Below are positions 24,697-37,473 of a stretch of DNA of 64,000 nucleotides, one piece after another. The notes under the pieces were generated by a model. The model did no database searches, was not told the DNA's origin, and saw nothing but the letters and a program-made list of their open reading frames with translations. A program made the position numbers and the translations under genes. The stretch spans positions 99,386,001 through 99,450,000 of the forward strand of contig OX597821.1 in assembly GCA_951406725.2 (NCBI GenBank), in the 5' to 3' direction. Position 1 is the first letter of the stretch. Each line of letters starts with the position of its first letter. This DNA comes from Octopus vulgaris (lineage: Eukaryota).

Positions 24697-25420
24697 TAAT
24701 AATAATGAGGGCACTCAGAAGGCGCAAACCTCGAGGCGACACCAATGTCCTCTCAACGATTAGCCAGAGATGATTTTTAAAATGAGAATATCTCTCTATA
24801 TATAAACGGCAGTTTGTCTGTGTGTGTCTGTTAGGTTGTACCCTCACCCTGACCACGGCTTTCAACCGATTCTGATGAAACTTGACACACACATAGCCCA
24901 ATGTCATAATTCAAAACTAACGCAGCGAAAATTTTGAAAAGTTCCCCCAGTTCTGAAAAAATCGATAAATTCGACATGGGGTCGAGAATCAGAAACACAA
25001 ACCACAAACTGTCTAGGGGATGCAACTCGACCTTTTTAACTAAAAAAAATTTACCATCATTTTTTTCCCATTTTTTGGCTATAACTCTCTAAAAATGCTT
25101 TATAGTTATTTCCCTTAAAAACCCGAGCAACGCCGGGCGATACTGCTAGTCTGAAATAAACTTGACTGTTCTTACAAATGAGAATATTAAAAATGAACCC
25201 AACTGCTCTCAAAAATTAAGTAAAAAAACAGGAAAAATAATCCAAAACCCTTGTCCGGTCGGTACCAGATCGATCCCAAAATCTAATCAGTTTGTGCCAG
25301 TCATGAGGCCAAACATCCCTGAAAGTTTCATCCGAATCCAAAGCGGTTTTTGAGATATCTTGTCCATGGACAAACAAACAAACACGACTGAAAACAATAC
25401 CTCCGCCTTAGCGAAGGTAA
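24697..25420 (+). mobile_element. HINE-like element interrupted by a Helitron
   Basis: gagggcactcagaaggcgcaaacctc start; ggacaaacaaacaaac and terminal acctccgccttagcgaaggt hairpin; host sequence continues on both sides of 24791-25149. Confidence 0.5.
24791..25149 (+). mobile_element. Non-autonomous Helitron
   Basis: 5' TC (tctctctatatataaa), subterminal hairpin cccgagcaacgccggg, 3' CTAG; inserted between A (24790) and T (25150) with no TSD. Confidence 0.88.
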
Positions 25421-25707
25421 TAATTGTTTCAAATTTTGGCATAAGACCAGCAATTTTTGGGGAAGGGATAAATTGATTATATCAACCCTAGTACTCAACT
25501 GGTACTTATTTCATTGACCCTGCCCACCCTCAAAATGATGAAAGGTAAAGCTGACCTTGGAGAGAATTAAGCTCAGAATGTAAAGAACTGAGAGAAATGC
25601 TGCAAAGCAATTTTCCAATGCTTTAGTGATTCTACCAGCTGTAAAGTCTGTGAGGAAGTTTAATCCTTTAACATTTAGATTACTCTGTCAAATGTAATGT
25701 TTATTTT

Positions 25708-26081
25708 TCATTTTATTATTTTTTTTATTTCAGCTAGTTTCAGCTCACGAGTTGTGGCAATGCTGGAGCACCGCCATTTGGTGTTGCTACATGATTTTAC
25801 TTCACGGATGCTTTTTAGTAATTGCCATTTGGTGCATGAGAGAGTTCGATGCAGCTGCTCTCATCTGCACCTCCTGCCGCAAAGTTAGTTCATCTGGGAC
25901 ACCTGACAGGAAGAGATCCAGCTTTATTTTGAAGACACCTACATCCACTCCATGCAGGTTTCTCAGGTCCTTCGGGAGGATATTGAAGAGCTGTGGACCT
26001 CTGAAGCCCAGGCTATTGCAGTATCTTGTCCTACATCTTGATGGCAAATTTGGAGTCCTTGGCACTATGCAGTGGCGCCCA
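25708..26081 (-). mobile_element. 5'-truncated LINE (CR1/Jockey group) 3' end inserted in a TTAA MITE
   Basis: ORF2 C-terminus ...SLGFRGPQLFNILPKDLRNLHGVDVGVFKIKLDLFLSGVPDE...RAAASNSL; short 3' UTR; A-rich tail. Confidence 0.8.
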
Positions 26082-26335
26082 CATTATTTTGAATTAATCA
26101 TGGATTATCACATAACAGATTTCGATGATGTGGTGGATTAATTTTAGAATGACATTGTAGTGTAGGTTTGAGAGGCTGGATCTGGCCAATTTGAATGCTA
26201 AAAGTTTAAACTAGTAACTTTTGAGAAAGTAATTAGATACTTTAGCCATTTAACTGCAGTGGCTTTGAATAAATAATTGAGGTAGAAGGATATGTGTGGG
26301 CATTTAAAAACCAAGAGCTGAGTAAAATTAGATAT

Positions 26336-26341
26336 TTTATT
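26336..26341 (-). terminator. Candidate poly(A) signal of ZNF367-like gene
   Basis: AATAAA on the minus strand about 540 nt past the stop, at the end of repeat-free AU-rich sequence that looks like 3' UTR. Confidence 0.35.
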
Positions 26342-26878
26342 GAAATAAATATGGTCAAGACAAAAAACAAACAACAACAAATACTAAAACAGGTAATTTA
26401 AAAACTCAAATATAAATATTTTTTCTTTAGTAAAAACGAATAAAATAAAAATTTTGCTTTTAAATATGGAATGTTACAAGAGGTAAATTTTTGGTGATGA
26501 CATGTTCTGTGGCTATTATGATAAATAATTAGGAAAAATAAGAACTCTTTGTCATTGTTTTGGACGGATATGCTTTACACTTGAAGATTCATAAACATTT
26601 TATATATTAAAACAGTCATTTTCTTTGGTGAGAAAAAACCCCCCAAAAAACAATAGAATTTTTAACAAAATAACATCTTGGTGGTTGAAACTGGTATGTT
26701 GAAAGTTCATGTCAAAAATGATTTTGTCTCATTATTCAATTTTACAACTGAATATTGAAAGGATAAAAAAAAATTATAAAATTTCAAGAGAACTTGAAAT
26801 TCTCGTTCTGGAACAGTGGATCTTGAAGCACATAACCATGTAAATATTATGCTGGGAAACCTGAAGACACTACGTTGA

Positions 26879-27086
26879 TCACATGTGGTTATTATTAGTG
26901 TCATGCTTCAAGAATCCTTGGGCTAATTCAACAAGGGCCAATGCTGAAATGAATTTGTCTTTCTGCTCCCTTGAAAGTCTGTTCCCTTCAACTTTGCAAT
27001 TGTTCAGACAATAATCTTCTCGAGATGATAATGGATGGTTTAAGTTAGCTGTGAGAGTTGAGCTGTTCATCTTCCTACTTTTCCTT
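26879..27086 (-). CDS. ZNF367: ZNF367-like protein, terminal coding exon
   Basis: tctttattatttttcag acceptor, phase 2. Encodes RKSRKMNSSTLTANLNHPLSSREDYCLNNCKVEGNRLSREQKDKFISALALVELAQGFLKHDTNNNHM*; ALALVELA matches the ZNF367 C-terminal ALALIELA motif. Confidence 0.88.
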
Positions 27087-27282
27087 CTGAAAAATAATAA
27101 AGACAATACAAATCTTAATAGTCATTAATAAAATAATCCTCAGAAATAATCTTTAATTCTAAACTATACTTAAAAAGAATAAAAGAGAAACAGAAGCTGT
27201 GTAGCAGTCCAGTTTTGGATAAGATTTAAGTTGTTACTGATATATTTGACCAGAAGTTAATGATTTGTGTAATGAAACTATA

Positions 27283-27645
27283 CAGGTGTAGGAGTGGCTG
27301 TGTGGTAAGTAGCTTGCTTATGAACCACATGGTTCCGGGTTCAGTTCCACTGCATGGCACTTTGGGCAAGTGTCTTCTACTATAGCCTTGGGCCAACCAA
27401 AGCTTTGTGAGTGGATTTGGTAGACGGAAACTGAAAGAAGCCCGTCGTATATATGTATGTTTGTGTGTCTGTGTTTGTCCCCCCAACATCGCTGAGTTCA
27501 AATTCTGCTGAGGTTGACTTTGCCTTTCATCCTTTCGGGGTTGATAAATTAAGAACCAGTTACGCACTGGGGTCGATGTAATTGACTTAATCCCTTTGTC
27601 TGTCCCTTCTATGTTTAGCCCCTTGTGGGCAATAAAGAAATAATA
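27283..27645 (+). mobile_element. Chimeric SINE: family A 5' half joined to family B 3' half
   Basis: Switch at ccccaacatcgc|tgagttcaaattc (about 27492). Confidence 0.75.
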
Positions 27646-28035
27646 ATTGTTACTGTGCTGAACCAAATACTTAGTATTTCTTCCGGTTTTACAATCTAAG
27701 TTCAAAAAGATCAACTTTGCCTTTCATCCTTTCAGGGTTAAGATTAGTACCAGTCAAGCACTGGGGCCTCAAATTTCAGGCTTTGTGCCTTTTGTAGAAA
27801 TAATTGTTTATTGCTTTATCTACATCGAGTTTCGGTGTTACTAATTATGCTAATATGTTTCAAACACCAGTTTGAAAACGACAAAGTTATTTTACTAAAT
27901 CCTGCATTACTTTCAAAATTAACTGAAACAAAGGCAGAGTATTTCAACAGAAATGTGGCATTGAAGGGGTTAATACAGCTGAGTCATGTTTGTCAATTAT
28001 AAATGGCTTTACATATGCTTGAAGCAGCTATGACC

Positions 28036-28530
28036 TGTCGAGGCAAGTGAAATCGAAATCATATTTGATGACTGCCATCTGAGCTAGTGGAGCGCTAAGA
28101 GCACCATCTGAGTGTGATCGTTGCCAGAGTGGCTAACTGGCTTCTGTGCCGGTAGCATGTAAAAAGCACCATTCGAGCGTGATCGTTACCAATGTCGCTT
28201 TACTGGCACTTGTGCCGGTGGCATGTGAAAAAACATTTGAGTGAGGTTGTTACCAGTGCCGCTGAACTGGCTCCTGTGCAGGTGGCACGTAAAAAACATT
28301 TGAGCATGGCTGTTGCCAGTACCGCCTGAATGGCCCTTGTGCTGGTGGCACATAAAAGCACCCACTACACTCATGGAGTGGTTGGCATTAGGAAGGGCAT
28401 CCAGCAGTAGAAACTCTGCCAGATTAAGATTGGAGCCTGGTGCAGCCATCTGGTTTGCCAGCCCTCAGTCAAATCGTCCAACCCATGCTAGCATGGAAGC
28501 AGACGTTAAACGATGATGATAATGATGATT
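28036..28530 (+). mobile_element. RTE LINE 3' UTR fragment with tandem units
   Basis: Repeated ggtggcacgtaaaaa units followed by the family tail. Confidence 0.8.
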
Positions 28531-29513
28531 TAAAATGCAAACTAACTTCCCACAGCCCTTCAGAAAACAATGTGTAGTAACAGCTTAGTTGAAGAAAACA
28601 CGAATCTTCAAATAAGAATTTAACAAGTTAAGATCTCTGAAATTTTCACACTAATTTGACAATGATATGGATGAAATACAAAAACTCTTAATTCTTGGAA
28701 CACAATGACCTGAAAATCTTAGGCTCAAGACTTAATGTATTTTTTACAGAAAGGAAATGGAAACTGAGTGAGGTAGAGTGTTTGTTATTTGGCATAAGTC
28801 ACAAGTTAGTGGATAGAACAATCATATGAAAGGGAATAATGCCAATACAAAATGATAATATATCCATTTGTTTGTACATTTTACATCTGTTCTTCTATGC
28901 TGGCATGGATGTGAGGAATGTTCTTGTTGCTAACCCTTACTTGTTTTCAGTTAACGGATTATTTTCCTTCAAAAGCACAGAAGCAGATGGTTTATTGGCA
29001 AGGTATGTCTCCCCTATTTCTCCCTCTCTCTCACACATACACACACATAATAAGCTTCCATCCAGTTTCTGCTTTCCAATTTCTTTCACAACTCTCTCTC
29101 ATATTTACCTTGTACTTGGAGGGTATACCTCAATTGTCTCTCTCTCTCTCTCTCTTTCCAGCTAGGGAAACCATGTATTCCCCTCTTCAGCAAGACACCT
29201 GCTCCCATCCCTTTATCATGCTTTCACACCCTTCAGTTGAGGAGCCTTGTCTTGTGAGAACTTGGCGACCTAACTAGTGCTAGTGCCATGAAAGAAAGCA
29301 GCCAATACACTCTGTAAAGTGGCTGGCATTAGGAAAGGAAGAGCATCTGGTCATAGGAATCAAACCAAAGTAAACATTGGAACTTGGCACAACTGTCCAA
29401 CCCATGCCAGCATGGAAAAAAGGAGGTTAAATGATGATGTATGTGTGTGTGTATTTCCTGGTCTAGATGGCACACAGTAGATATAAGTGAGCATCATTGC
29501 CATATAACAGTGT

Positions 29514-29690
29514 CACCATGATAGATCGCTAGCCACGACACACACATTTTTTCTCTCCTTGTTCCTTTCTGTGGAAGAGCGTAGGCTCGAAATGTTAAAG
29601 ACTTTTTCAATTCCCGAGCGTTATAATAATACATCTGTTTGTTTTCCACACCACCTGTCTTCGCCTTGTTTTTTTTTTGTGAATTCTCCA
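29514..29690 (+). mobile_element. 177-bp insertion with 13-bp TSD carrying a hammerhead-like motif
   Basis: TSD catataacagtgt at 29501-29513 and 29691-29703; motif at 29565-29600. Confidence 0.65.
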
Positions 29691-30239
29691 CATATAACAG
29701 TGTTCTCTGCTTCAAGTCTTCTGTGAAAGCATGTCTGGCCATAGAGAAATATTACCTAACTTGAAAACAGTTGAAGGTTAGTGACAGGAAGGGCATTTAG
29801 TCGTAGACAATCTGCCTTAACAAATCACATCTAATCCAGGCAAGTATGGAAAAGTGGACACAAAAAATGATGACATCATTGTTTTGGGTTTTTCTATTAT
29901 TATAGTACAGGATGCTAAATGATGATGTAATTATCATCGTCATCATCATCAATGTCCATTTTCAATGCTGACATGGGTTGGATGGGTTCACAGGGGCTGG
30001 CAAGCTGGAAGGCCGCACCAGGCTCATCAAGCTGTCTGTTCTGGCATGGTTTCTACAGCTGGATACACTTCCTCATGCCAACCATTTTATAGAGTATATT
30101 TGGTGTTGTCTATGTAGTGCCAGCACAGGGGCTATTTACGTGACGCCAATAATTGTCTATGTGGTGCCAGTATGGGTGCTTTTACGTGGCACCAGCAGAG
30201 GTACACTAAAATATAAATATAGTGGGTTATTTAACTTAC

Positions 30240-30378
30240 CTTGTTTCTATATGAGTAGTTCTCTTAGACACATGTGGTGAATGGCTGGAGATTTTGGTTG
30301 GCATGTACACTCTTTCCAAAGAAGCATAAGGATGGAGAGGACATTGGCGATTAGAATGGGCAAACTCGCTTTTACAAC
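30240..30378 (-). CDS. ZNF367: ZNF367-like protein, penultimate coding exon
   Basis: AAG acceptor, AG|GTAAGT donor, 139 nt, phase 1/2. Encodes (G)CKSEFAHSNRQCPLHPYASLERVYMPTKISSHSPHVSKRTTHIET(R), matching the ZNF367 segment GCLSRFTHANRHCPKHPYARLKR; in frame with both neighbouring exons. Confidence 0.9.
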
Positions 30379-30558
30379 CTTTAATAAATTGAAACAGATT
30401 TCATTAATAACAATTTTGTTATTAGTCATAGATTTGTAATGAGTTATTCCCTAAATTACTACATCTTTGTTAGTGAGTACAACAAAGGATTAACTCTAAA
30501 ACTTGGCCAGAACATATACCACATAATTCTTTTTTTTTTTATTTGTTTCAGTCATTTG

Positions 30559-31273
30559 ACCCAGGAAAACTTGGGACGAGGTGGTGAAGCACGACCTTCG
30601 AACTTTAGGTCTCACTGAGGAAATGACCAGCGACCGAGACCTTTGGAAATATGCTGTGCGTGAAAAGACCAGGCAGGACAGTGAGTCCAGCCCACTTATG
30701 CATGCCTTTCCTCCCTTGGACACACAAAGACCTGTTGAGGCAAGCGAAGTCGATATTGAACCTCATCCGATGACAGGCACCTATGCCAACACCCCTTTGC
30801 TTGCGAATACCTGTTGGGGCAAGTGAAATCGAAATCGGAATCGAAATTGAACCAATCCGATGACTGGCACCCGGCAGATGCCAGGACCCCTGGACTGGAG
30901 ATACGTAAAAAGCACTATCCGAATCGTGGCCGATGCCAGCGCCGCCTCGACTGGCTTCCGTGTCGGTGGCACGTAAAAAGCACCATCCGAATCGTGGCCG
31001 AAGCCAGTGCCGCCTCGACTGGCTTCCGTGCAGGTGCCACGTAAAATGCACCAATCCGACCGTTGCCGATGCCAGCCTCGCCTGGCACCAGTGCAGGTGG
31101 CACGTAAAAAGCACTCACTACACTCACGGAGTGGTTGGCGCTAGGAAGGGCATCCAGCTGTAGAAACATTGCCAGATAAGACCGGAGCCTGGTGCAGCCT
31201 TCTGGCTTCCCAGATCCCCGGTCAAACCGTCCAACCCATGCTAGCATGGAGAACGGATGTTAAACGATGATGA
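30559..31273 (+). mobile_element. Young RTE LINE 3' end
   Basis: Intact RKTWDEVVKHDLRTLGLTEEMTSDRDLWKYAVREKT; CpG-rich 3' UTR with about 55-nt tandem units; (TGA)n tail. Inserted in the tail of a SINE A copy. Confidence 0.88.
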
Positions 31274-34258
31274 TTTGACTGCTGCCATGCTGGAGCACTA
31301 CCTTTAGTCGAGCAAATCGACCCCAGGACTTATTCTTTGTAAGCCTAGTACTTATTCTATTGGGCTCTCTTGCCAAACCACTAAGTGACAGGGATGTAAA
31401 CACACCAGCATTGGTTGTCAAGCGATGTTGGGGGGTGGGGACAAACACAGACACAAACATATACATATATTATATATATATATCGATGGGCTTCTTTTAG
31501 TTTCCGTCTACCAAATCCACTCACAGGGCTTTGGTTGGCCTGAAGCTATAGTAGAAGACACTTGGCCAAGTTGCCACACAGTGGGATTGAACCCGGAACC
31601 ATGTGGTTGGTAAGCAAGCTACTTACCACAGAGCCACTCCTGCACCTATCAAAAAATGATGAACAACCTTAATTGATTTTCAAACCTTATAGGATTCTTA
31701 TCAGAAATTTCTATATCATTTTGAGATGATACTTTATTGAAAATATAATTTTTTTTCGCTGATATAGACAACAAAACATACACACATCAGCATTTTTTTA
31801 CTGTAGCAAGGACAAATTATTGCTTGTCAGCACATTCGGCAATTTGCTGCCTGACAAAGCTGTTTGTCTTCTACTCTGTTTATGAGATGTGAAACAGCCT
31901 TTTGAAGCACCTGTGCTTAATCAAATGCTTGGTTTCTCTGTTTCATGTCAATATAAATTTCAAGGTGGCAAGCTGGCAGAATCGTTAGCACGCTGGGTGA
32001 AATGCTTAGTGGTATTTTATCTGTCCTTACGTTCCGAGTTCAAATTCTGCCGAGGTTGACTTTGCCTTTCATCCTTTCGGGGTTGATTAAATAAGTACCA
32101 GTTACACACTGGGGTCGATGTAATCAACTTAAAATCCCTTTGTCTGTCCTTGTTTGTCCCCTCTATGTTTAGCCCCCAGTGGGCAACAATGAAAGAAATA
32201 AAAACTTCATAGCCCCAATGACTGGCTGAATCAGCCACATGAGGATGATAAAGACAATACAAGCTGGATTTTGTTTAGAATTTTTCTAAAATGTCTATCG
32301 AGTACCAATTTGAAATATTTATAGCATCAACATAAAGGAAATTTTTTACAGAATGCTTGAGGAGCTACGTCAATGGTTAGTTTATGAGGAGGAATATAGG
32401 AAATATCAACTGAAAGCTGTAGTTGTTTAACTCTCAGGCAACACTGATTAAGCAGGCCTATGGTTAAAGGCATTCCAGCTGCAATCCTCTAGTCTTTTTA
32501 GGGATTGCATAACCTAAAGTGTCCTTTCTTTATTTCAGACAGTAGGGTGTGATTTGAAGGAGCTTCGGTGGTTATTTCTAGCTATCTGGGTGATCCACTG
32601 AGGTACCTTAACTAGTTGAGACTAAAGTTGGCAGAAACAGTGATAGGATGGGAGTTTTTGCTAACACTATTACAAAGTTAGCATTGATTATCAACTTAGA
32701 CTGGGCAATGGTATGGTTGTGTGCTTAACAAGTTTACTGTACAACCGTGTAGCTTCAGGTTCAGTCCCACAGTGCAGCAGCTTGGGTGGGTGTCTGCTAC
32801 TATAGTCTGAGCTAAAACATGCTCTGCAAGTGAATTTGGTAAATGGAAATTGTAGGAAGCCCATCATATAAGCATGCATATATATATGAGTGTGTGCATT
32901 TGTGTGAAATGTGTGTGAATATTGATATTTGATGGGTTTACTGGTGAAACAGTGATATGGGATTTATATTCCCTGTTGATTTTATAACTGGTTGCTATGT
33001 GTTTTTGAAGGCTTGTGAAACAGAAAAACCCCTTGAGGACTGAAAGTGTATTTGGCCACAAAATCCCCATCTAGTCCAAGCTAGCATGGAAAAATGAATG
33101 TTAAATGAAAACACAAACAAATAAACCTTTTGAGAGATAAAGTGGACAGAGAGCAACAAGGCGACTATTGTGAGCAAGAAATTAAAGCTGTTTGTACTTT
33201 TGCATTTATTAATGAGCAAGGTTGACATTTGACTAAAACTTGTTTACACCTCATCATCATCATCATCATTGATTTAATGTCCACTTTCCTATGCTTGCAT
33301 GGGTTAGAAAGAATTCATTGAGATAGTATTTTGTATGGCCAGTTGCTCTTCCTGTTGCCAAACTCCACCTGTTTCCAAGCAAGGTAATATTTTCCCATGA
33401 TCAGATATATTTTTCATGGAAGACTTGAAATGAACAAGCTTGCTTTCATGATGATGATGATGATAATGATGTTTGCTTACAGCCATCACATAATGCCAAG
33501 ACAAGGATACACATAAACATACGTGACAAGTTTCTGTCAGTTTCCACCTACCAAATCCACTCACAAGGCTTTGATTGGTCCAGGGCTATAGTGGAAGACA
33601 TTAGCCCAAGGTGCTGTGCAGTGGCACTGAACCAAAAACCATATGATTGGGAAGCAAGCCTCTTTACCACTCGGCCTATCAGCATGAAATTTAGGCAAAT
33701 ATATATAAGCTGTCATAATCATCATCATCATTGTTTAATGTCCATTTTCCATGCTGGCATGGGTTGGACGGTTTGACTGAGGACTGGCAAGCCAGTAGGC
33801 CACACTAAGATTCAATCTGATTTGGCAAGGTTTCTACAGCTGGATGCCCTTCCTAATGCCAACCACTCCGAGAGTGTAGTGAGTGCTTTTTATGTGCCAC
33901 TTTCATATATTTGTTCCTTCAATTTGAGCTGCAATTCATTTTTATTTTAATACATCAATTATAAGTTGAACCTAGTGGTGTGCAACCAATTGAAACACTT
34001 GAGGTTTTTTTGTTTTACCTGCTCCCTTTTTTTTTGCTGTTTTTTTTTTCCTTTGTTGTTCTCTTGTAAAATATATTCCTGTTCATACTTTGAATAAAAG
34101 TCACTATTATAAATAAATAAAAAAAATTATAAGTTTAGTTTAACCAACCACATGGTTCCGGGTTCATTCCCACTGTGTAACACCTTGGGCAAGTGTCTTC
34201 TACTATAACCTCGGATTGACCAAAGCCTTGGTAGACAGAAACAGAAAGAAGCCTGTCG

Positions 34259-34291
<33 letters not shown>

Positions 34292-34778
34292 ATATGTTTG
34301 TGTGTCTGTGTTTGTCCCCCCAACATTGCTTGATAACCGATGGTGGCATGTTTATGTCCCCTTAACTTAGCAGTTAGGCAAAAGAGACCGATAGAATAAG
34401 TACTAGGCTTACAAAGAATAAGGCCTCGGGTCAAGTTGCTCGACTAAAGGCGGTGTTCCAGCATGGCTGCAGTCATATGACTGAAACAAGTAAAGTGAGA
34501 GTTAACCCTTTAGCTATTATATTATTCTGTCAAATAATGCTTATTTATTCATATTGTTTTGAATTAATCATACATTTTCTCATAGCTTTGAGATTTCGAT
34601 GATGTAATAGTTTATTTTTAGAATGACATGTGTGAGAGGTAGGATCTGGTCAGTTTGAACATAAAACTGGTAGAATATCAAGGCCATATATAGTCTGTTT
34701 ACATGCTAATGGGTTAATTAGAGCAATCTATTAGGAATAGTGTGATGCATTCACAAACCAGATGGTTTATAAATGTTA

Positions 34779-34949
<171 letters not shown>

Positions 34950-36015
34950 TTACAAAATCTGGTTAAAAACATTACACAAGTTTAGTTAATCATGACTTAA
35001 CTGTAGCTGATTTTGACTCCATGCTATGTCTATCTTGCTTGGAATCAAGCAAGGGTGAGTGACAGGAAGGGCATCCAGCTGTGAAAAATTTGCTTCAATA
35101 AATTTCGTGAACATTAAAATAATGATATCTAAAACTAACGCGGAGCTGATGTTGGCATCATGACCAGTCATATTCTTTGTGACTTAATGATCTGTGGAGT
35201 ACATAAATCCCTTACCAGAAAAGAAAAAACAGGTAAGATTTGGCAACAGGAAGAGCACCCGGCTGTAAAATATTTGCCTCACAATCAATTCCCCATTCAA
35301 ACCATGCTATCATGGAAAAGCATATATCAAAAAGAAAAAATTAATATTAAATAAATGATATTCAATTCAATGTGTTAAATATATTTCTGACGAGGCTATG
35401 TTAAGATTCTGTTTCTAATATCTAAAAAAGTGAAGATACAGCCATGCAATTAAGAATTTTGCTTTGTAGTCACATGGTTCTGAGATTCTTCCCACAACAC
35501 AACACCTTGGTGTCTTCTACTGCAGATACATGTTGACCAGAACCTTGTTGGTTTGAATTTGGTAGCTGGAAACTGCACAGAACCTCATTGTATATAATAT
35601 ATGTCCATATTTGTTTAGGTTTACATCAGCCTAAAAACTAGTGTTGTTTATGTTATGTCCCTTAACTTAGTGGCTTGACAAATGACTAAAATCTTGAAGG
35701 TGGCATCTTACCATGGCTACAATATTATGACTAAAATGATTTAAAGAATTGGATAAAATCAGTACCACATAAAATGCAGTCAGTACACTCTATGGAGGGG
35801 TTTGCATTAGGGAGGGCATCCAGCCACAGAAACGAAGCTAAAACAGACTATGGAACCTGGTGTGGTCCCTGGCATTACCAGTTCCTGTCAAACTGTCCAA
35901 CCCATGCCAGCATGGAAAAACGGATGTTAAATGAGGATGATGATAAATAAGAACATACATGGTTGTGTGGTTTCAGAAGTTTGCTTTCTAACTACACTGA
36001 TCCAGGTTCAGTCTT

Positions 36016-36391
36016 AGTCTTTTACTTGTTTCAGTCATTTGACTGTGGCCATGTTGGAGCACTGCCTTTAGTCGAGCAAATCGTCTCCGGGACTTATTCT
36101 TTGTAAGCCTATTACTTATTCTATGGGTCTCTTTTGCTGAACCGCTAAGTTACAGGGATGTAAACAACCCAGCATCAGTCGTCAAGCGATGTTGGGGGGG
36201 ACAAACACAGACACACAAACATATATTCAATGGGCTTCTTTCAGTTTCCGTCTACCAAATCTACTCACAAGGCTTTGGTTAGCCTGAGGCTACAGCAGAA
36301 GACACTTGCCCAAGGTGCCATGCAGTGGGACTGAACCCGGAACCATGTGGTTTGTAAGCAAGCTGCTTACCACACAGCCACTCCTATGCCT
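36016..36391 (-). mobile_element. SINE family A
   Basis: Full family consensus. Further copies at about 31274-31648, 34141-34495, 39088-39331, 42128-42512, 46361-46760, 50272-50622 and 58391-58748. Confidence 0.88.
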
Positions 36392-37093
36392 ATTGCATGG
36401 AAACTTGGGGAAATGTCTTCCACTCTAGCCCACTGGTGGTCAAAGCCTTGTGAATAGATTTGGTAGATGGATACTGAGAGAAGACTATTGCATGTGTATT
36501 TGGGTTTGTGTTTATGTTCTTGTCTGGACGTAGTGTGATAGCTAAAAATGAAGGTCACTGTCATATATAAAGTATAATTCATTTCCAATATTCTGTGGAA
36601 ACAAATCAGGCCATGGGGAAATATTACATTACTTAGGAAAAGGTGAGGTTGGTGACAGGAAGAGCATCTGGTTGTAGAAAATCTGCCTCAATAAATTCTT
36701 TTTGATCCATGCAAGTGTGGAAAAGAGGACAATAAAATAATGATGATTATATATAAATGTGTGTGTATGTATATATATGTGGAGGCGCAATGGCCCAGTG
36801 GTTAGGGCAGCAGACTCGCAGTCGTAGGATTGTGGTTTCGATTCCCAGACCGGGCGTTGCGTGTGTTTATTGAGCGAAAACACCTAAAAGCTCCACAAGG
36901 CTCCAGCAGGGGGGTGGTGATCCCTGCTATACTCTTTCACCACTCTTTCTCTCTTCCTTCTGTTGGCCTGCTTGCTTAGCCAGCGGGGTGGTGTCGTTCG
37001 AAGGCTAAAACAATGCAAACGCATTGTGACCAGCGATGTGTAGCAACATCTGATGGTCTGGTCGGTCACGTGATCACGTGATGTATATGTATG

Positions 37094-37131
<38 letters not shown>

Positions 37132-37367
37132 CACACACACACACATATACATATATACCATGGACTCAGGCAGGGAGCTGGCAGAAACGTTAGCATGCCA
37201 GGCGAAATGCTTAGTGGTATTTCGTCCGTCTTTATGGTCTGAGTTCAAATTCTGCTGTGGTCGACTTTGCTTTTCATCTTTTTGGGGTCAATAAATTAAG
37301 TACTGGGGTTGATCTAATCAACTGCCCCCACTCCAAATTTCGGGCCTTGTGCTTAGAGTAGAAAAGA

Positions 37368-37473
37368 ATATATATTATGGACTCACTAAGGTTTTCACTT
37401 ACCAAATTCAATCTCAATCCATATATATTATGGACTCACTAAGGTTTTCACTTACCAAATTCAATCTCAATCC
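37368..37473. repeat. Perfect 53-bp tandem duplication
   Basis: atatatattatggactcactaaggttttcacttaccaaattcaatctcaatcc, twice. Confidence 0.9.

Noticed and set aside
31798-31910. Phase-compatible alternative terminal exon of ZNF367 (GASKGCFTSHKQ...LLQ*)
   Set aside because: The acceptor lacks a polypyrimidine tract and there is no homology; an open frame of this length is expected by chance.
35386-35445. CTGACGA...cagcc possible hammerhead
   Set aside because: No GAAA half; the sequence runs into a decayed SINE.
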